Made by a program: the position numbers and the translations under genes. From the NCBI GenBank assembly GCA_964525635.1, contig CAZGJX010000002.1, positions 12,024 to 76,023 on the forward strand: 64,000 nt of DNA. Reading direction: 5' to 3'. The notes beneath the pieces were generated by a model, which was not told the DNA's origin, did no database searches, and was given only the letters and a program-made list of their open reading frames with translations. This stretch comes from an uncultured archaeon. GTDB taxonomy: Archaea; Asgardarchaeota; Lokiarchaeia; Sigyniarchaeales; SOKP01. Of the stretch, positions 41,401 through 49,846 are shown one piece after another. Position 1 is the first letter of the stretch. Each line of letters begins with the position of its first letter.

Positions 41401-43124
41401 ATTAAATTAGTTGTTGCGTTAATTGTTAAAACTCTTTCTTGAAATCCAATATCTGTTCCATTATTCCATAAAACTTGAGCTCGAAAATCACCATAATCTG
41501 TTGCATTTTCGCTGATATCCCAAGTAGTCATACTAAATGTTGTATCAGCACCTAAAATAGATACATCTTGTGTTTCATTATGATTCAAAATATTTCCTGC
41601 ATCATCAGGGCTATAAACTTCAAGTGTGATATTACCATTTGACATTGTTCTATCGAAGCTTACTTCAAAATCAACTGTCTCATTAAAATTAACTTCATAT
41701 GTCTCAATAGGCCCTAAAAAGATTTGAAAACTAGTCATAAGATTTTGAGATTGACTAGTTATGAACCAATTGGTACTATTCCCTGCATTAGTTATTTGAT
41801 ACTCTCTATACTCTCCTATCGCTGGACCTAATATTGTATCATCAGTAACATTAAGAATTGAATTAAAAGCTTGTTGATTACTCCAATGATGCGGTATTGT
41901 GAAATTAATCCAATAATTACCATAACCTGACTCTGAATCAAAACAATCAATATTTCCTAAGGTAATGATCCAATATACATTTGGATCTGTTTCACTACAA
42001 TTAAAATATGATGTTGCTTTTAGGTCTGAACGAGTATAATTTACTTGAATTTGGGTTACTTGACATGACACATCCCACCATTCAGCAGTTATTTCATAGG
42101 ATAATTGATTTGGTAAAATTGTATATTCTTGACTAAAAGTTACATTTCCTGATCCAGGACTAGAACCAAGTATTGGATTGTTATTAATTTCGAGCCCAAT
42201 TTGAGATGGTGTTGGTGTATTGCTCTCGGGAACCAAACCAACTCTCATTAGATAATCTATAGTATAAGAACTTCTAACAACTAAATCCCAATCTCCAGAA
42301 ATATATGTCAAACTAATTGTTTGATCTCCATCTCCAGTAATACCTCCATCTAATGTATTATACCATGCACAATCTCCTCCATAAGAGGCATCATCAAATA
42401 AACCTATAAACCATATCTTATCCATTGTCTTTGAGTTATCCAATTGAATATTTAATCCAGTAATTACATGCCATCCATCCCCAGTAGCATTTGATATATC
42501 TATAAGTTGTTGAAAATCATTGATACCCCCTCCAGGTTTATATGTTCCTAGTCCAGAATCATATGTAGCATTATATAAAACAACTCTAATTCTACCAGTC
42601 GCAAGTTGCTCTTCAATGAAAACAGATATATTATTGATATAACCATCCCCTTCTACCTCAAAAGAAGTTACTCTAGGAATTACTGTCGAAAAATCTCCAA
42701 CACTAAAATCTTGAGGATTATTCTCTTGTAGTATTAAATATTTATCAGGAGCATAAATATTATCAATATTTATCTGTGAAACTGTAGAATTAAAATTCTT
42801 TTCAAAAGGAGTATTTGTAGTAAATGTTCTTATTGCAGGATCAGATACATTTGTTATATCAAATAGAGGTGCACCAACTTCAATTTTTGATTGATGTAAG
42901 GTAGTATTTATATCTTGAGAATATCCATCATAATAACCAGAATATGCAGCTGATTTTAAAGTAAGGTCGTCCTCTATAGGTTCTATTTCATTATCATCAT
43001 CAACACTATTCATTCCACAAGGAAAGTTCAAAAAATTAGTAAATCCTACCGAAAACAAGAATGAAACAGTTAGAATCGCTAAAAGAATTATTCTATTTGT
43101 TTTTTTATTTTTAAATTGTAACAT
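38406..43124 (-). CDS. Large type I membrane protein: signal peptide, about 1,100-aa beta-rich ectodomain, TM, cytoplasmic longin-like plus helical (MIT/TPR-like) tail
   Basis: N-terminal basic and hydrophobic signal. N/T/S-rich repeats (GNGxYxIxIxT) with many NxS/T sequons. TM LIPYILLILAAAIMASIGIVGY. Cytoplasmic HILVLYKGSGTCIF..DPDLISGFISAVSSFGKE. Confidence 0.75.
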   Translation of the reverse strand: MLQFKNKKTNRIILLAILTVSFLFSVGFTNFLNFPCGMNSVDDDNEIEPIEDDLTLKSAAYSGYYDGYSQDINTTLHQSKIEVGAPLFDITNVSDPAIRTFTTNTPFEKNFNSTVSQINIDNIYAPDKYLILQENNPQDFSVGDFSTVIPRVTSFEVEGDGYINNISVFIEEQLATGRIRVVLYNATYDSGLGTYKPGGGINDFQQLIDISNATGDGWHVITGLNIQLDNSKTMDKIWFIGLFDDASYGGDCAWYNTLDGGITGDGDQTISLTYISGDWDLVVRSSYTIDYLMRVGLVPESNTPTPSQIGLEINNNPILGSSPGSGNVTFSQEYTILPNQLSYEITAEWWDVSCQVTQIQVNYTRSDLKATSYFNCSETDPNVYWIITLGNIDCFDSESGYGNYWINFTIPHHWSNQQAFNSILNVTDDTILGPAIGEYREYQITNAGNSTNWFITSQSQNLMTSFQIFLGPIETYEVNFNETVDFEVSFDRTMSNGNITLEVYSPDDAGNILNHNETQDVSILGADTTFSMTTWDISENATDYGDFRAQVLWNNGTDIGFQERVLTINATTNLILNSQVGLEYFFGEIFNISVYYNDTGQNQPILGGNIESNAPAPLNWWDHNNGTYEIEIDTTILSYGNNYIEIEAWKDNYNNDTIIFWFNEIITTQITPTNTPNLGDIIRGQNATYTFNYSDTDGNPITAASILSEDIPTGFTVYPWSNDGNGNYTILIDTNDVDVSGSPYVCDFSISSEGNETQYINITINVIHAQTQIVNLIFNDVVTEGSTWNQTVTFYYNDILNDRGIEGLKTSNIQVFDNATQDLWYTGDIFNWSLYELGNGDYELNISTIGLTLDWHAFYINISYPPNYNWSVSSVIEFYYAGDDTQINFISVNTQGGLWDSGNYTFFEESDLQLTLNISCYNYVDLIAIQGVPVTFTINATNLISLQEDTLSSSLNPSGNEYTGNIGTSILDLGFYRIDINASLAPYNILSISFNITIYAKYQVRINATSFPSSVTAGNSFDLKILCEYNDGTQWLPLTSTLVSISGLFLNKDNTTTPLAIPQNSTNSNGVVWFQIIIPNQAANMTIQITFAETYNHEPGSYEVPYIRVKSPPDGLNLEDLIPYILLILAAAIMASIGIVGYKKVVVPQKRRRDSVLDEVKTVFDDAVNIEHILVLYKGSGTCIFFKSYGSEKIDPDLISGFISAVSSFGKEVESQKALNEISYEDKMLLLADGQYIRVSLVLSKKASILLRSKLREFIKFFEQRYSAALPNWRGQLNVFKDAGPSIDEIFQTSIILPHQVQLDSSAIKDLRITTSKDILGNAKSISKETGKDYIFISNLLEKTMTKSTKGISKIFMGIKELREKKILIPWDVTALESKAISPQEKQLIEQRICEFVTLPREETQAMIDQLAQMSAQEREVYFASLQEKQEIVSAPIKSKIAGKVVTTNKEASKQVKILVIKARKEKKVLSYKKAIIYYEEAAIIANDWGLKRPLGELQEAIRLTQIDDTMLSKKEFETQAQKELKKKNYKMAAEKFKQAANKASEAFKLGVNSMQDEVKRLIGLSKKFENL

Positions 43125-43385
43125 ATTTATCAAAATATGTATAATTTGCTTAATATATTATAACTAAAAAGTAGTTATTTTCTAAAATATATTTATTCTT
43201 TTTGTTATTTATTATTTGAGATTTTCTTAGACTTTTGTTCTAGGGATACACTTTAAAAATACGAAAAATTTAGTAATTATCTTAAAATGATCTTGAATTA
43301 TTTCAATTTTACCTAATTAATTATATAAATTTAATATATAAATTTAATTTGAAAATAGTAAGAATTATAAATTCTAACACATGTT

Positions 43386-44069
43386 TCAAGATTTTAATAT
43401 AATTCTAGCATCTACACATATAAGCTCTTTTTGATACACAAAAATAGGATTCAAATCAATTTCCTGAATGGATTTATATTGTAAAACGAATTCTGAAATT
43501 TTCATTAAAATATTAATAATTGCATCAATGTTTACTTTAGGTCTTCCTCGAAATCCTGTTAATAATGGAAATCCTTTAATCTCCGTTATCATCTCACGAC
43601 AATCATATTCGGTTACTGGAATAATTCGAAAACTAACATCATCTAAAAGTTCAACCAAAAGCCCTCCAATACCAAACATAAGGGCGGGTCCAAATTCAGG
43701 ATCAGTTGTCATACCAATGATAATTTCGGTAATCGGAGGCTCAGCCATCTTTTGTATGGATATTATCTTTTCTTTTTCAGAAGTTATATTCATAAGTTCA
43801 TTGAATGCATTTATTGCTTCTTCTTTATTCTTAATATTTAATTTAACAGCTCCCATTTCTGATTTATGGGCGATATCCTCAGTAATTAATTTCATAACAA
43901 TTGGATAACCTATTTCATTAGCAACAACAATGAGTTCTTCTTTGGTTGATACTAGTTTTTGATTAGGTATTGGGATACCTATTTCTTTTAATATCTCTTT
44001 AGAATCAAATTCATTGATAATTTCCTTTCCCGCTTGGATTTTATTCTTGAGAAACAAATTAATATCCAT
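43386..44069 (-). CDS. acdB: ADP-forming acyl-CoA synthetase beta subunit (ATP-grasp)
   Basis: IGYPIVMK, AHKSEMGAV, DPEFGP..MFGIGG..VE, EIDLNP, VDARI. Confidence 0.9.
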   Translation of the reverse strand: MDINLFLKNKIQAGKEIINEFDSKEILKEIGIPIPNQKLVSTKEELIVVANEIGYPIVMKLITEDIAHKSEMGAVKLNIKNKEEAINAFNELMNITSEKEKIISIQKMAEPPITEIIIGMTTDPEFGPALMFGIGGLLVELLDDVSFRIIPVTEYDCREMITEIKGFPLLTGFRGRPKVNIDAIINILMKISEFVLQYKSIQEIDLNPIFVYQKELICVDARIILKS

Positions 44070-44219
44070 TTAAAATCATTTAATAATAAAGTAGAAGTGT
44101 TTACTAAACATTTCTGAATAGTTTATAGAATAATAACATGAATAAAAAATTAATCAAAACACTTTTAAAACCGAAATTAAATAACTCATATAAGAATTAA
44201 AATTTTCAAGATGATTTTT

Positions 44220-45302
44220 ATGGTAAGTGAAAAAGAGAAAAATATCACAATTTTAATGGAAAATTTGGTTAACTCTGGATATGATGTAGAATTTGTATTT
44301 CTCTATAATAGACAAGGGTTACTCATAGCTAAATATGAAAAAACTGAAACAGACGATAACCATAAAAATAAAGAAGATATGGAGGAAGTTTATGGAGCAA
44401 TATCTACTTTAGTAGATAATCTTTTTAATAAAATTTCAATGGAATATAAAAGTGATAATTTTGGAACAGGTTCTTTCGACACACCAGATCATCGTATAAT
44501 CTTTCTTGAAGCGGGTCCCGAAGCCGTTATGGTCTGTGTATGCAATTATCAAGCAGATCTAAATAGAGTATTTCCAATAGCATATTTAATTGTTGAAAAA
44601 ATTGCTCAATTGATTGAAGGAAGTTTTGATTTTAAAGTTAATTCCTTAGAGATTCCCCAATTAAGTATTCATAGAGACTTTGATTTATATTTAGATAAGC
44701 ATAAAACTGAAAATACTAAACCTTTACTTGATAATATATATTTAAAACACCGAATTGAAAGGGAAAAAAAAACAGATATTAATTTTAAATTAATTATATT
44801 AGGTTCAGCTTCGGTTGGGAAAACTACTTTAGTAAATAGTTTTTTAAAAAAAGAGCAGCTGTTGGATTATCGTCCAACAATAGGAATGAGTATTTCAATG
44901 CAAAAATATTATATACAAGGTTTTAAAGATGATATAATTACATTTTTAATATATGATTATGCTGGACAAGAGTTTTTCAAACGCGTTAGACATGAATATT
45001 ATAATGGAGCGAATTGTGTTTTTGTGGTGTATGATATTACCAGAAGAGAAACCTTTGATGAAAGTATCGATTTTTGGTTTAAGGATGCTAAGGAACAATT
45101 AGGTGATATACCCTTTGTAATTATTGGAAATAAGATGGATTTGTTGGATCAGCGTCAAATATCAATAGAAGAAGGAAAAAAAAAGGCAGAAGAATTAAGG
45201 AGTTTTTTTATAGAGACTTCAGCATTATATAATAAAAATGTAGTAGATACCTTCAAATTGATAGGAATAGGTCATTTCTTTAGAATTATTGATATTCTTT
45301 AA
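44220..45302 (+). CDS. Roadblock/longin-like domain fused to Rab-like small GTPase
   Basis: N-terminal FLYNRQGLLIA..YGAIS..FLEAGPEA. G1 GSASVGKTT, G2 PTIG, G3 DYAGQE, YYNGA..VYDIT, G4 GNKMD, G5 ETSA. Confidence 0.9.
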   Translation: MVSEKEKNITILMENLVNSGYDVEFVFLYNRQGLLIAKYEKTETDDNHKNKEDMEEVYGAISTLVDNLFNKISMEYKSDNFGTGSFDTPDHRIIFLEAGPEAVMVCVCNYQADLNRVFPIAYLIVEKIAQLIEGSFDFKVNSLEIPQLSIHRDFDLYLDKHKTENTKPLLDNIYLKHRIEREKKTDINFKLIILGSASVGKTTLVNSFLKKEQLLDYRPTIGMSISMQKYYIQGFKDDIITFLIYDYAGQEFFKRVRHEYYNGANCVFVVYDITRRETFDESIDFWFKDAKEQLGDIPFVIIGNKMDLLDQRQISIEEGKKKAEELRSFFIETSALYNKNVVDTFKLIGIGHFFRIIDIL

Positions 45303-45324
45303 AATAAAATAGAATAAAACCAAA

Positions 45325-46344
45325 TCAAATTTGAAAAAATACTATTTTTATTGTTGCATAAAATGCATAAAAACTTATTAAAAGGATAGATTCCCGTGTT
45401 TTAAGAGACTTCTTCGTCCATAGAAAGTAATATGCGATTGATATTCCTATAAAAAGCATTGGTATGTCATAAAATAATAAAATCTTTACGACCTCGAATT
45501 CAGCAATAATAGCACCTGCACCTGTTGCGAAAAGAATATCACAAATGTTGGAACCTAAAATATCCCCTATAGCAATACCATATGAACCTCTTCGCATTGC
45601 AGTTAAATCAACGACAAGTTCAGGTACACTTGTTCCCAAACCAACAATTAAAATACCAATAACATTTTCAGGTACATTTAATTCTTCAGCTAAATTGTGT
45701 CCTGAAAGTATAGATATTTCAGCACCAACTAATAAGAATAATAAACCAATTAGAAAATATAATATATCTTTCCTAATTGAAGGTATTCTTAAGGAACCTT
45801 TCTTAACCTCTAGCTGGAGTGGATCTAATCCCTCTCTCTCAACTTCCTCTATTTTTGGTTCTGCTTTTCTTAATTTTTTCTCACTTATAATTATTAAAAT
45901 TAAATATATGATATATATAATAATCATTGTTAAAGCTTCGATACGAGCTATTAATCCATCAATTGCGAATAGCAAAAAAATAAAAAGAGATAAGAATAAC
46001 ATAGGTCCTTCTCTTCGTAATTCCCATTTGCTAATAAATATTGTCTGTGTTAATCCTAAGAGTCCTAATATAAACGTAATCTGAGTAAAAAATGAACCAA
46101 TTTTATTTCCAATAACTATTCCATCTACAGAGGGATCAATTCCTAAGAGTTTATCAAATCCCCCCATAATTGAGACTGTTATTTCTGGTAAGCTAGTTCC
46201 AATAGCTAAAATCGTCAAACCTACCATTAGGTAACTTATACCAAACCGTTTCGCGATACCTTCTAATCCAATTATGATATATTTAGCCCCAAAATATAAT
46301 GCAACAAATCCTGAAAGCATAAATAAAATTGGATATAACATCAT
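45325..46344 (-). CDS. Ca2+/Na+ (cation) antiporter, CaCA family (YrbG-like)
   Basis: Alpha repeats GTSLPE and GTSVPE, plus GDILGSN. Confidence 0.92.
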   Translation of the reverse strand: MMLYPILFMLSGFVALYFGAKYIIIGLEGIAKRFGISYLMVGLTILAIGTSLPEITVSIMGGFDKLLGIDPSVDGIVIGNKIGSFFTQITFILGLLGLTQTIFISKWELRREGPMLFLSLFIFLLFAIDGLIARIEALTMIIIYIIYLILIIISEKKLRKAEPKIEEVEREGLDPLQLEVKKGSLRIPSIRKDILYFLIGLLFLLVGAEISILSGHNLAEELNVPENVIGILIVGLGTSVPELVVDLTAMRRGSYGIAIGDILGSNICDILFATGAGAIIAEFEVVKILLFYDIPMLFIGISIAYYFLWTKKSLKTRESILLISFYAFYATIKIVFFQI

Positions 46345-46789
46345 TTATTTTAAAACACCTTGAAAATAGTTTTTATAAATCGATTTTTATTAATTTTTAT
46401 ATAAAATCTAAGTATCTCTATATTAGAACCAACACTAAATTAATTACAACTGAATTTCAAATAATTGAGTAATCTTCAAAGAAATTACAAATTAGAAATG
46501 TATACTATTTTATTCTAATAAGACTTCTTCTATCATAAAACAATATTATCGAAATTAGGATATCGTATAAACTGTCCTAGATTATAAATATCAATGAAAT
46601 TTTTCTAACTATTTTATTGTACTTTTAACTCTTGAATGGAATTGAACAAATATATTAAAAACACTTATATATATAAGTCTATCTATGATAAAGAAAAATA
46701 AAGAGGAGTATATTGCAAATTAATTGATATTTTTAAAAAACCTATTATTAAATAATTAAAAAAAAAGAAATAAAAAAGAGAGTTAAGAT

Positions 46790-49684
46790 TTACCCTTTTC
46801 TATGGAATGTACTTAAACTATTTTGAAATTTCTCGCTTTTATGCATTTTTCGCCGAGCAAGGAACTTTCTTATTTCTTCAGCAGGTAGTATCCATATTGA
46901 AGAACCGAAAAATACAGGTGTCCAGTAAAACCATCTATCAAGAGGAAGGGCATGAAAAGCCGTATTTAAACCAGGTATGAATAATACCATCAAATGTAGT
47001 GAAAATGAAAGCCCAGTTGCCCAAAATAAATGTTTATTTCGAAACTCCCAGAATGGTCGATAACTCGATGTGCAAGCAAAGACAAAGAATAATTCAAAAA
47101 ATACTACACTAGTAAAAACAATTGTTTGAACTATACCAATTTGAAAATCCTCAGCACTTATACCCATACTTGGTATACCATAGACCATACGCGAATCATA
47201 GAAAGTTGAAGTTGGATCTGTCCACATTGGAACTAAGACGGACCAAGAGACCGTATATAACATAACATCAAGGATAGCTGCAATAGCGGCTGCATATATA
47301 ATCATTTTCTTTATATCATGAATCATATTGAAGCCTTTCCGCGGTTTGAACTTCATAACATCTGGATCAGTGGGAGTTAGGCCTAAAACCATCGCGGGAA
47401 TGCCGTCGGTAGCTATATTCAACCAAAGGATTTGAATAGGTTGAAGTGGTTGGGCTAGGAATATATTAGTAGCAACCTTCATTAAAATAAATGCTACTAA
47501 TACCATTACAATCTCATCGAAATTAGCACTGAGCATATATCTAAAAAAACATTTTGTTGTTTCGAAGATTCCTCTCCCTTCTTCAATAGCGTTAACAATA
47601 GTAGAATAATCATCGTCTAATAGAATCATATCAGAAGCTTCTTGTGTTACTTCTGTCCCCTTAATCCCCATAGCGACACCTACATTTGCACCCTTTACTG
47701 CAGGAGCATCATTTACACCATCCCCTGTCATAGATACAATATATTCAAGAGATTTCAATGCCTTGAGGATTCTAAGTTTATGTTCTGATGTGACTCTAGC
47801 AAAAACATCAACCTCTTCTACTCTTTTTATAAGCTCGTCTTCAGGCATTTCTTCCATTTCAGCACCAGTAACAGCATCTTCTCTGTCTGTTAAGCCAATT
47901 TCTTTTGCTATAGCGATAGCAGTAATCATATGATCTCCAGTAATCATTATTGTTCGAATACCTGCCATTCTTGCTTCTTCAATAGAATCTTTTACTTCAT
48001 CCCGGGCAGGATCAATTATCCCTGCTAATCCAAGGTATATATAATCTTTTTCAATATCTTCCTTCTGATAATTTTCATTTAAAGGTTTATATGCTAATCC
48101 TAAAACTCTCAATGCATTAGAAGCATATTCATTATTTTTTGATAAATAAGTATCTTCAACCTCTGAAAATGGTTTAATTTCACCATTATATAACCCTTTC
48201 CCTGCATTATGCATTAAAACATCTGGAGCTCCTTTAATTAAAGAATAAAATTCTCCATTCATTCTAATAACAACAGCCATCATTTTACGATCTGAACTAA
48301 AGGGAATTTCATCAATTTTTTCTGCTTTTACGTTAAGATGCATTTTTTTTGCTAAGACTTTTAAAGATATTTCTGTTGGATCACCGATTACATCCGTTTC
48401 TATAGGATTGTTATCTTTAGGACTAACAATTGAATTATTACATAATAAACATATTTCTAGATATTTTCTTAAATAAACATCATCATCTAGTTTAACAGGA
48501 TTACCTGAACTATTGATTATTTTTCCATTCAATGTATATCCCACTCCTTCAACATCAAATTCTTTTCCCCCAAGATATACCTTCTTAACTGTCATTTCAT
48601 TTTTTGTTAAAGTTCCCGTTTTATCAGAGCAAATAATATTAACCCTTCCCAACGTCTCTACAGCTGTTAGCGTTTTCACTAAAGCATGTCTTTCTGCCAT
48701 TTTACGCATACCAATACTCATAACTACAGTTATTACAACCACAAGACCTTCTGGTACAGCAGATACTGCAAGACTTATTGCTATAGCTAAAGCTTCAACA
48801 ATATTATTAATCTCTTCATCTCCAAATTTTATACCTTCAGTGGCTATAATTATAATTAATTCAAAAAGGAAGACAAATAAACAAATAATCATTATGATTA
48901 TACCAAGTTGTTTTCCAAAACGATCTACTTCTTGTTGGAAAGGACTTTTTTCTGGTTCTTCTTCTTGAATTTTTTCAGCAATTTTTCCTACTTCTGTTTT
49001 CATTCCAGTTCTTACAACTATAGCTTCACCATTTCCACGAGTGATAATTGTATTACTATATACCATATTTTTCCTATCAGCCAACATTGTCTTCTCTTTA
49101 TATAAATTTAAATCTTTCTCAACTGGTTGAGATTCTCCAGTAAGAATGGCTTCATCAATATATAAAGAATATGCTTTATTTAAACGAGCATCAGCAGGTA
49201 TTTTATCTCCCTCATCAAGTTTTATTATATCTCCTGGAACTACTTCTCTGACATCAATTTCTCTTACTTTTCCCCCACGCTTAACCTTTGCATTGTGCGG
49301 TGCCATTTTCTTTAGACTTTCTACCGCTTTTTCTGCTTTAAATTCTTGATAAAATCCTAAAATAGCATTTAATATTAGAATAATCAATATTACTAAAGCA
49401 TCCATGAATTCAGTAGGATCTCTTCCTCTAGATAATTCATAAATACCTACTACAACTGAAACACCAATTGCAAAAAATAGAAGATATACAAGAAAATCCT
49501 TGAATTGTCCAATAAAAATTTGTAATGCAGAAACCTTCCTTGTTTGGATTAATTCATTAAAACCATATTTTTCAATGCGTACTCCTACTTCTTCTTCTGA
49601 AAGTCCTGTATCAAGGCTTGTATCTATTTCTTTCGCTACATCATTTACTTCTAATACGTGAGCACTTAATTCTTTAGATTCCAT
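46790..49684 (-). CDS. P-type IIA Ca2+-ATPase (SERCA-like)
   Basis: TGES, PEGL, CSDKTGTLT, KGAP, MITGD, TGDGVNDAPA, LWLNIATDG. Confidence 0.93.
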   Translation of the reverse strand: MESKELSAHVLEVNDVAKEIDTSLDTGLSEEEVGVRIEKYGFNELIQTRKVSALQIFIGQFKDFLVYLLFFAIGVSVVVGIYELSRGRDPTEFMDALVILIILILNAILGFYQEFKAEKAVESLKKMAPHNAKVKRGGKVREIDVREVVPGDIIKLDEGDKIPADARLNKAYSLYIDEAILTGESQPVEKDLNLYKEKTMLADRKNMVYSNTIITRGNGEAIVVRTGMKTEVGKIAEKIQEEEPEKSPFQQEVDRFGKQLGIIIMIICLFVFLFELIIIIATEGIKFGDEEINNIVEALAIAISLAVSAVPEGLVVVITVVMSIGMRKMAERHALVKTLTAVETLGRVNIICSDKTGTLTKNEMTVKKVYLGGKEFDVEGVGYTLNGKIINSSGNPVKLDDDVYLRKYLEICLLCNNSIVSPKDNNPIETDVIGDPTEISLKVLAKKMHLNVKAEKIDEIPFSSDRKMMAVVIRMNGEFYSLIKGAPDVLMHNAGKGLYNGEIKPFSEVEDTYLSKNNEYASNALRVLGLAYKPLNENYQKEDIEKDYIYLGLAGIIDPARDEVKDSIEEARMAGIRTIMITGDHMITAIAIAKEIGLTDREDAVTGAEMEEMPEDELIKRVEEVDVFARVTSEHKLRILKALKSLEYIVSMTGDGVNDAPAVKGANVGVAMGIKGTEVTQEASDMILLDDDYSTIVNAIEEGRGIFETTKCFFRYMLSANFDEIVMVLVAFILMKVATNIFLAQPLQPIQILWLNIATDGIPAMVLGLTPTDPDVMKFKPRKGFNMIHDIKKMIIYAAAIAAILDVMLYTVSWSVLVPMWTDPTSTFYDSRMVYGIPSMGISAEDFQIGIVQTIVFTSVVFFELFFVFACTSSYRPFWEFRNKHLFWATGLSFSLHLMVLFIPGLNTAFHALPLDRWFYWTPVFFGSSIWILPAEEIRKFLARRKMHKSEKFQNSLSTFHRKG

Positions 49685-49846
49685 TTTTAATTCATTATTT
49701 AGATTTTATAATAAATTCTTTTTATTTTTTTAAATAAAAAATTTAAAATTAATTAGATAAATACAATAAATTTTATTTAAATATCTATTATAAGTTAAAA
49801 AAATGTTCTAATAAAGAATAGGTTCTAAAAATAATAATTTAAGACA

